From Candidatus Nanosynbacter lyticus (GTDB lineage Bacteria; Patescibacteriota; Saccharimonadia; Saccharimonadales; Saccharimonadaceae): a stretch of DNA of 32,000 bases. The stretch lies in contig NZ_CP007496.1 in NCBI RefSeq assembly GCF_000803625.1, positions 450,001 to 482,000 on the forward strand. The letters are read 5' to 3'. The notes beneath the pieces were generated by a model. That model was not told the origin of the DNA and searched no databases. It saw nothing but the letters and a program-made list of their open reading frames with translations. The translations under genes were made by a program, and so were the position numbers. Positions within the stretch are counted from its first letter, which is position 1. Every line of letters begins with the position of its first letter. Below are positions 25,911 to 32,000 of this stretch, piece by piece.

Positions 25911-27293
25911 TTAATTAAACCTCACCACAAACCGCATGCCCCGCCCATGCAGTGTGAAATCATAGTCCAGACCCTTGGCGTCGAGTAGCATTTTCACGAT
26001 GTAGAGGCCGATACCACTGCTGTCGGCATGTTGCTTCGCACCATTGCTCCGATAAAACGGATCAAAGATGTGCTGAAGTTGCTGTTTGGTGAGCGGTTTG
26101 CAAGCGTTTTCGATGGCCAGCTCATGCTGGTCGCATGTAATTTTTATCACGCTCCCCGCGTCGCCGTGGCGCACCGCGTTTGATACCAGGTTCGAGATGA
26201 CGTGGCGCATCATGTCGCGGTTGGCACGAATGGTCGTTGGTTCTGTATTAACCTCGAAAGTCATGCCGCACGTTTTTGCCAGCAACACATAATCGTCAAC
26301 TACCTCAGTGACCAGCTTGTCAATCCCCAGCCGCTTTTCCTGACGCAAAGCCTGCTCGGCGACACTGCCAGAACGCAAAACATCATTCACCATCGCCGCC
26401 AAGCGGTCAACCTGTGCCACTGATTCCGCCAGGTACTGATCGCGATTTTTATACTCGCCGATGTTGAGTTGCATGTTTTCCAGCATAATCCTGAGGGCCG
26501 CTAACGGCGTTTTCAACTCGTGCGAGGCCGCGCGGAGGAAGGCGATTTTTTCTTTCTCCAGCTGCGTGATCCGCTTATTTTCATACTCCAGCGAACGAAT
26601 TGTTTGCCATAGATTTTGATAGAGCTCATTAATATTTCGCCCCAGCACGCCAATCTCGTCATGACTATTCACTGGGTAATGCGCGTTCTTTTCCAGCCGC
26701 TGCATGGTCGTGGTCACCGCCGCCATCTGGCGAATCGGCCGCGTCACAAAACGGCTATAAACGTAAGAAAACAGCAGTGCCACCAGCAGCGAACCGAGCA
26801 TGGTATATGGCAATACGTGCAAGGTAGCGAGCTTGGCCTGAGTGACAGGCACCACGTCGGCGAGTAGCTTGACCGTAATCGTTTGGCCTTGGTTGTTCGC
26901 CACACTCCCCTGCCGCAAAATCACCGAGCGCGGATCGACAGTCTGCCCGTCAGCAATTTTCACCACACTGGTGTCAACCGATTTACCACTATCGGTCACG
27001 ATGTTGATCGACTGAAAACCTTGAAAATACTGATTACGTCCGTCAATTGTCAGCGTGATATTAACATTTTTCATCTGAGCAAACTCCTGGCTGAGACGGC
27101 GCATTTCCTCAGTCGATTTACCGCGTAGTTCAGCCACGAGCGCCGTGAGATTGTCCGCCGCCTCGTGCTCTTTTTGCTGCAAATAAAATTGCGGCATCAA
27201 GGTGTAGACCAGCGCATGCACCAGGATGATCAACGCCGCAAACAGGCCGATTGACACCAAAAATGTTTTGGGAAATAACTTAAGCCGCTTCAT
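25911..27293 (-). CDS. Membrane sensor histidine kinase (HAMP-HisKA-HATPase)
   Basis: 460 aa; two TMs, HAMP-like segment, H-box FLRAASHELKTPLAAL, N-box MRHVISNLVSNAVRHG, G-box DSSGIGLYIVKMLLDAKG. Confidence 0.95.
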   Translation of the reverse strand: MKRLKLFPKTFLVSIGLFAALIILVHALVYTLMPQFYLQQKEHEAADNLTALVAELRGKSTEEMRRLSQEFAQMKNVNITLTIDGRNQYFQGFQSINIVTDSGKSVDTSVVKIADGQTVDPRSVILRQGSVANNQGQTITVKLLADVVPVTQAKLATLHVLPYTMLGSLLVALLFSYVYSRFVTRPIRQMAAVTTTMQRLEKNAHYPVNSHDEIGVLGRNINELYQNLWQTIRSLEYENKRITQLEKEKIAFLRAASHELKTPLAALRIMLENMQLNIGEYKNRDQYLAESVAQVDRLAAMVNDVLRSGSVAEQALRQEKRLGIDKLVTEVVDDYVLLAKTCGMTFEVNTEPTTIRANRDMMRHVISNLVSNAVRHGDAGSVIKITCDQHELAIENACKPLTKQQLQHIFDPFYRSNGAKQHADSSGIGLYIVKMLLDAKGLDYDFTLHGRGMRFVVRFN

Positions 27294-27930
27294 AGCGATA
27301 ACCCACTCCCTTCACCGTGATGATGCAGTCCAGGTGCAATTTTTTGCGCAAGTTTTTGATGTAAACGTCAATCACCCGGTCGAACGGCACCTCGTCATCA
27401 CACCACAACTTGTCAATGATAGCCTGCCGACTCCAGACCATGTTTGGGTTATCGACGAGTAGCTTGAGCAGCTGCACTTCCTTGGGCTTGAGATGTGCGT
27501 CAGCATCATCATAAAATCCCTGATACGCCGCGAAATCCACCGAGGCCAGACCGCGCTGCCACAAGGTCTTTTTGACAGACTGTTGGCGGCGAAGCAAGGC
27601 CCTAATTCGCTTCTCCAAAATCACCAGCGAAAACGGCTTACTCATATAATCATCCGCCAGCTCGTCAAAACTCGCAACTTGCGTCGGCTCATCATGCAAT
27701 GCCGTCAGCATCAGTACCGGCACGTCGCTGGTCTGGCGAATTTGGTGCAGCGTCTCGATACCACTCATCCCTGGTAGCATAATGTCGAGAATAATCACAT
27801 CTGCCCCAGTAGATTTCTCCAGTGCTTCCTCGCCACTGGTCGCTGTCACCACCGTAAAACCGCGCTGGCGGAGGAACTGCTCGGTGCCAGTGCGAACTGC
27901 CGGTTCGTCTTCAACAAGGAGGATGTTCAC
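27280..27930 (-). CDS. OmpR/PhoB-family response regulator
   Basis: 216 aa; MNILLVEDEPAVRTG, VIILDIMLPGMSG, DDYMSKPF, winged-helix C-terminus (VWSRQAIIDKLW...VDVYIKNLRKKL...TVKGVGYR). Confidence 0.96.
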   Translation of the reverse strand: MNILLVEDEPAVRTGTEQFLRQRGFTVVTATSGEEALEKSTGADVIILDIMLPGMSGIETLHQIRQTSDVPVLMLTALHDEPTQVASFDELADDYMSKPFSLVILEKRIRALLRRQQSVKKTLWQRGLASVDFAAYQGFYDDADAHLKPKEVQLLKLLVDNPNMVWSRQAIIDKLWCDDEVPFDRVIDVYIKNLRKKLHLDCIITVKGVGYRYEAA

Positions 27931-28886
27931 CGCTCGTACACCCGTACGTACATGTCGTACAATTCTTTTTTGTATTGCTTCACAGCCTTATCCCCTGGCC
28001 ATATCAATTCATGTCCAACTCCCATGTGTGCTGGCGTCGTCTCATTTGTAAACGTGGCACCACTGTTTTTGGCCATCTTTTCTGCAATATCACGCGCCAT
28101 GGCGCTGTCAATCAGACGGTCCTCGTTACCGATGATCAAACCAACGTGCTTCAACCCTACCGCCTTCAAATCACTGCGATAATTTTGCTTGACGATGACA
28201 TAATTTGCTAATGCCCGGTACGACAACGCGCCGTCAAAGAACTGGTCTGGCAGCAAATGCCTACCGTAAAGATTGCACAGTAGTGCCACTTGCCACTTTG
28301 GCACCTGAGAAGCGTCCGGCTCGTAGTACGGTGAGAGCAGCAGCACTCGCGAGAACAATCCATCACCATATTGTGCTAGCCACGTCGCCAACGTGCCACC
28401 GCCCGAATGACCAATCACACCCAGCTCATCGCCCAGCCCGCTGACCAGCCCAGCACTATCACTCATAAACTTCACCAATTCACTGGCGCGAACTTTGCCG
28501 TGCTGCTTGCCATCTTTCAGGCCATGGTGCGGTGCTCGCGGCACGTAGACATTGTATCCCGTCTGATAGAACCAATCCGCCAACTCTGCCATCGCCGACG
28601 GCTCACCGCTGACGCCATGAAGAATCATCACCGCCCGCGCAGTTTTCTTGCCGTGAGTTTTCAGAATTGGGCGAGATTCTGGACGCACCTCGCCATTAGC
28701 CGCATCATCAGCAATGACCTTTTGAATATCCTTTACTGATTGGTCATAATCACGCCGCTGAATGTGAGCTTTTTGCAGATTAGCACTACGACTTGGACAC
28801 AGAAAGACCCAAGCAACAGACATTGCAGCCAGTACCGCCACGACACCAACTATTGTTATCATCAGCGCTTTACCACGTACTGCCAT
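27927..28886 (-). CDS. Membrane-anchored alpha/beta hydrolase
   Basis: 319 aa; N-terminal TM, VMILHGVSGEPSAM, nucleophile elbow GHSGGG, late Asp/His region GNEDRLID and GVGHELIW. Confidence 0.88.
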   Translation of the reverse strand: MAVRGKALMITIVGVVAVLAAMSVAWVFLCPSRSANLQKAHIQRRDYDQSVKDIQKVIADDAANGEVRPESRPILKTHGKKTARAVMILHGVSGEPSAMAELADWFYQTGYNVYVPRAPHHGLKDGKQHGKVRASELVKFMSDSAGLVSGLGDELGVIGHSGGGTLATWLAQYGDGLFSRVLLLSPYYEPDASQVPKWQVALLCNLYGRHLLPDQFFDGALSYRALANYVIVKQNYRSDLKAVGLKHVGLIIGNEDRLIDSAMARDIAEKMAKNSGATFTNETTPAHMGVGHELIWPGDKAVKQYKKELYDMYVRVYER

Positions 28887-28915
28887 GAGACCTCCTCATT
28901 CCAATCAACAGATTG

Positions 28916-29380
28916 TTAGTTTTCTTCCTGCGCTGCCAAAATCCGCGCCTGAATCTCGTCCAATTGAGCGTCATCCATTTTTGGACCATCAACAGTCGTT
29001 AGCCAACCCGGATATTCCGCATAAAATGCCTGCTCGTGCGATACTGCCGAGCCAATTCCCTTCGCCAAATCGCCATGCAGCGGCACCAACTTGGCATGCA
29101 CATGCGCCACGCCTGTGCCTTCAAAAATCAACGCCACTCGCGGTGTATCAAAGGCCTGCTCCAAAATATTAGCAACCTTTTTCACCGCCAGCATCATTTC
29201 AGAGTACAATTTATCATCCAAAGAAAAAACATAATCGCCTGGATTATGTTTCGGTATCACCACAGTAAAGCCTGGCGTGTTCGGAAACGGCGTCAAAAAC
29301 GCCAAAAACTTCTCGTCCTCCCAAACTTTCCAAGATTTCATATTGCCTGATACGATGTCGTCGAAAATTGTGTGATTCAT
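28916..29380 (-). CDS. HIT-family hydrolase
   Basis: 154 aa; FDDIVSG, LAFLTPFPNTPGFTVVIPKHNPGDYVF, histidine triad HVHAKLVPLH. Confidence 0.92.
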   Translation of the reverse strand: MNHTIFDDIVSGNMKSWKVWEDEKFLAFLTPFPNTPGFTVVIPKHNPGDYVFSLDDKLYSEMMLAVKKVANILEQAFDTPRVALIFEGTGVAHVHAKLVPLHGDLAKGIGSAVSHEQAFYAEYPGWLTTVDGPKMDDAQLDEIQARILAAQEEN

Positions 29381-29389
29381 ACTCCTCCT

Positions 29390-30712
29390 TTATGCAAATA
29401 AATCGTTCAATGCCTCACTCACCGTTGGATGAGTGAATATTTGGTCACGCAGTACAGTATACGGCAGGCCATTATCCATTACAGTTTTTATAATATTAAT
29501 GACTTCTGGTGAGTTACGACACAATAAACTAGCACCCAAAATTTGTCCAGTGTTTGCATCAATCACCGCACGCAGCAAGCCTGTTGTAGCATTATCAACA
29601 TGCAGGCGTGGAATCGCCATAGCAGGCAGCTCTTTTACGATAATTTCGCGCCCCGTCGCACGCGCCTCAGCCTCTGTCATACCCACCCGACCTAGCGGCG
29701 TTTGCATAAAGACCGCGTACGGCAAGGTTTTTTGTTTGGCGCGAGTGTACAGACCGTCACCCAGCAACTGGCTTCTCACAATCCGAAAATCATCCAGCGA
29801 CGCATAGGTAAATTGTGGCCCGCCCGTTACATCGCCCATTGCCCAAATATGCGACCGACTAGTGCGAAGTGTTTCATCAACCACAATTGCCCCGCGCTTA
29901 TCCGTCGCTACACCAGCAGCTGGTAAATTCAAGCTCATCGTCGCCGGGCGACGGCCCGTAGCCATCAAAACCGCATCATAACCAGCGTAATCATCATGAT
30001 TTACTGTGCGAATCGTTGCAGTAGACTCACCCTCAATCGCTGTCACATCCACACTAAACACAATCTCGATACCCTGTGCCTGCAATGCTTCAGTAGTAGC
30101 CCGAGCGATTGCTGGATCTTCACGTGCAAGCAGAGCATCGCCCCTCTCAAATACTGTTACTTTTGTACCAAGTTTGGCATAAGTTGAGGCAAATTCTAAC
30201 CCAATATAACCGCCACCAATGATAGCTAGCTGTTTTGGCTGCGTCATTTTATCCAGCAATTCAGTACTGGTATATACAAACGGCTTATCAACACCTGGAA
30301 TATCTGGGATAATTGATTCCGCACCGGTGTTAATAAAAATCTGCGGTGCACTCACTACTAGCTCGTCGTCACCCGCCACAATCTTCACAGTACGATCATC
30401 TACAAACGATGCCTCACCTTCAATTACGCTCACCGTTTCACGATCTGCGAGCATGTGATAGTTCTTCTCATTCAACCGCGTCACTACCGTTGTCTTATGT
30501 GCCATCGCCTCATCAAAACTTTGATGATGTTCGGCTGCATTGACTAGCACCTTAGTAGGAATACAAGCAATATTAATACAGGTGCCGCCATACATCTTTG
30601 GCGACCGCTCCACCAGCGCTACCTTTTTGCCCGCATTTGCCAGCGCTACCGCCAATGTCTTGCCAGCTTTGCCAAAACCAATAATAAGTGCGTCAAATTG
30701 TTGTGTATCCAT
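29390..30712 (-). CDS. Pyridine nucleotide-disulfide oxidoreductase, RclA/mercuric reductase-like
   Basis: 440 aa; GFGKAGKTLAVALANAGKKVALVE, MYGGTCINIACIPTKVLV (CxxxxC redox pair), C-terminal dimerisation domain with HPTVSEALNDLF. Confidence 0.9.
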   Translation of the reverse strand: MDTQQFDALIIGFGKAGKTLAVALANAGKKVALVERSPKMYGGTCINIACIPTKVLVNAAEHHQSFDEAMAHKTTVVTRLNEKNYHMLADRETVSVIEGEASFVDDRTVKIVAGDDELVVSAPQIFINTGAESIIPDIPGVDKPFVYTSTELLDKMTQPKQLAIIGGGYIGLEFASTYAKLGTKVTVFERGDALLAREDPAIARATTEALQAQGIEIVFSVDVTAIEGESTATIRTVNHDDYAGYDAVLMATGRRPATMSLNLPAAGVATDKRGAIVVDETLRTSRSHIWAMGDVTGGPQFTYASLDDFRIVRSQLLGDGLYTRAKQKTLPYAVFMQTPLGRVGMTEAEARATGREIIVKELPAMAIPRLHVDNATTGLLRAVIDANTGQILGASLLCRNSPEVINIIKTVMDNGLPYTVLRDQIFTHPTVSEALNDLFA

Positions 30713-30835
30713 TTACCTCCTCCTATCTTTTTTAGCGATCTCTCTCGCTGTAACAATTTCTCTATCGGCATACAGAACTGCTTCTTTTATCACAAGTTTT
30801 TGAGATACTACTATTATCGTGTGCGCAATAGCTCC

Positions 30836-31879
30836 TTAAAACTGCTCCAAAAAATCCAACTTACCGCTCTCAAAATGCCGCACGTCCTCGATGCCGTATT
30901 TCATCATTACCAGCCGGTCAATGCCGCAGCCAAAGGCAAAGCCAGTATACTTATTCGGATCGATGTCGGCAGCCTCCAGCACATTCGGATGTATCATGCC
31001 GCAGCCCAGTAGTTCTATCCAGCCCTCGCCCGAACAAACTTTACAGTCCGGATTTTTGCCTTCACAAAACGGACAGCTCAGCGCGAACTCAAAGCTCGGC
31101 TCAGTGAACGGGAAGTAAAATGGATTGACGCGCACATCCAATTTCTTGCCGTAATATTCCTGCAAAAACTCCTGCAAGGTGGCGATCAGATTACCGACAT
31201 TAACTCCCTTGGCGACATATACGCCCTCAACTTGATAGAACGTGTGCTCGTGGCGCGCGTCCAGATCTTCGTTACGGAACACCCGGTCGGGCACGATGGC
31301 GGCGATTGCCTCGCCCTTCGCCAAATTACCATGATATTTTTTCAACACACGGTTTTGCATGGTTGAGGTGTGCGCCGGCGCGATTAAGCGGTCGCCGTTA
31401 GCGTCAGTCTCCTCGGTCATGAACGTATCATAATCATCGCGCGCCGGGTGGCCTTTTGGAAAATTCAAGCTTTCAAACATGTGGAATTGATCATCAATCT
31501 CGCGCGACTCTTCCGTCACAAAGCCCATGCGATTGAAAATGTCAGAAATGCGGTCAATTTCACGCATCAATGGATGAATCGTACCGCGCTCACTCGGCAG
31601 TAATTCAGGGCGCGGAGCATTGACATCCATCGGTGCCGTCACGTCAATTGGCGGCAAGTCAACTTTTGACAGCTCATCCTCGCGAGCCGTAATCGCCCGC
31701 TCCAACTCCTGTTTCAATTCATTAACCTTTTTACCAAACGCCCCGCGCTCTTCACTAGGCAACGTCGCGATAACGCCATATAGTTCCCGCAGCTCCGCAC
31801 TGCGCAGGACACTGCGAGGTTCAGCCAGCTCATCTACTCGTGATAATAATATTGTTCGAACTTCATCCAACTTTTCCAT
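30836..31879 (-). CDS. pheS: Phenylalanine--tRNA ligase alpha subunit
   Basis: 347 aa; HPLMREIDRISDIFNRMGF, ESLNFPKGHPARDDYDTF, TSTMQNRVL, FRPSYFPFTEPS-like FYFPFTEPSFEFALSCPFC, GFAFGCGIDRLVMMKYGIEDVRHF. Confidence 0.96.
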   Translation of the reverse strand: MEKLDEVRTILLSRVDELAEPRSVLRSAELRELYGVIATLPSEERGAFGKKVNELKQELERAITAREDELSKVDLPPIDVTAPMDVNAPRPELLPSERGTIHPLMREIDRISDIFNRMGFVTEESREIDDQFHMFESLNFPKGHPARDDYDTFMTEETDANGDRLIAPAHTSTMQNRVLKKYHGNLAKGEAIAAIVPDRVFRNEDLDARHEHTFYQVEGVYVAKGVNVGNLIATLQEFLQEYYGKKLDVRVNPFYFPFTEPSFEFALSCPFCEGKNPDCKVCSGEGWIELLGCGMIHPNVLEAADIDPNKYTGFAFGCGIDRLVMMKYGIEDVRHFESGKLDFLEQF

Positions 31880-31880
31880 A

Positions 31881-32000
31881 TCATCGCCCCTGCATTAAAA
31901 ACATCCCGATAACTACCGCCGCCATAATAGCAATTACAATCCACGCCGGCGCCAACGTCGTCGTCTGCTTCGTATTTTCTAGATATCTCACGTCTTCCAC
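31881..32000 (-). CDS. C-terminal fragment of a membrane protein (window-truncated)
   Basis: Hand translation gives ...VEDVRYLENTKQTTTLAPAWIVIAIMAAVVIGMFLMQGR*, one C-terminal hydrophobic helix, stop 2 nt before pheS. Confidence 0.5.
   Translation of the reverse strand: MEDVRYLENTKQTTTLAPAWIVIAIMAAVVIGMFLMQGR

Noticed and set aside
1-32000. CRISPR arrays, tRNA/rRNA genes, transposases, prophage genes
   Set aside because: No regular spacer-repeat array, T-loop/anticodon pattern, or recombinase/phage structural protein was seen in the ORFs or intergenic regions.
1-32000. UGA recoding (as in Gracilibacteria/SR1)
   Set aside because: TGA is used as a normal stop (e.g. the gene ending at 31881) and identified proteins are complete under the standard code.

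Overview
The window looks like a Candidatus Saccharibacteria (TM7)-type chromosome segment. This is inferred from gene content and protein style; no database search was possible. It is mostly housekeeping genes on the minus strand: gatA (partial)/gatC, uvrB, a PfkB kinase, class II aldolase, split transketolase, rpe, rpiB, GAPDH, RelA/SpoT (+ strand), inorganic pyrophosphatase, thioredoxin reductase, a membrane-anchored FKBP, pheT, an AlkD-like protein, an ASCH protein, a MacB/FtsX-like ABC transporter, a two-component system, an alpha/beta hydrolase, a HIT protein, an RclA-like flavoprotein and pheS. The most notable observations are: (1) two unrelated small plus-strand genes (7746..7991 and 11156..11395) with homologous promoter/leader regions, each predicted to fold into an upstream hairpin plus a second hairpin that covers the Shine-Dalgarno; (2) an AT-rich 732-aa ABC/SMC-type ATPase with a variant Walker A (AKNGLMKTS), probably a horizontally acquired single-gene defence candidate, lying between an ABC transporter and its probable two-component system; (3) a roughly 121-nt branched inverted-repeat structure between relA and ppa; (4) an in-frame TAA that removes a recognisable C-terminal 22 residues from the AlkD-like gene; (5) promoters whose -10 box lies exactly 6 nt before the start codon with no Shine-Dalgarno (gatC, rpiB, relA), consistent with leaderless transcripts. 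Overlapping antisense ORFs in the track were treated as shadow ORFs.
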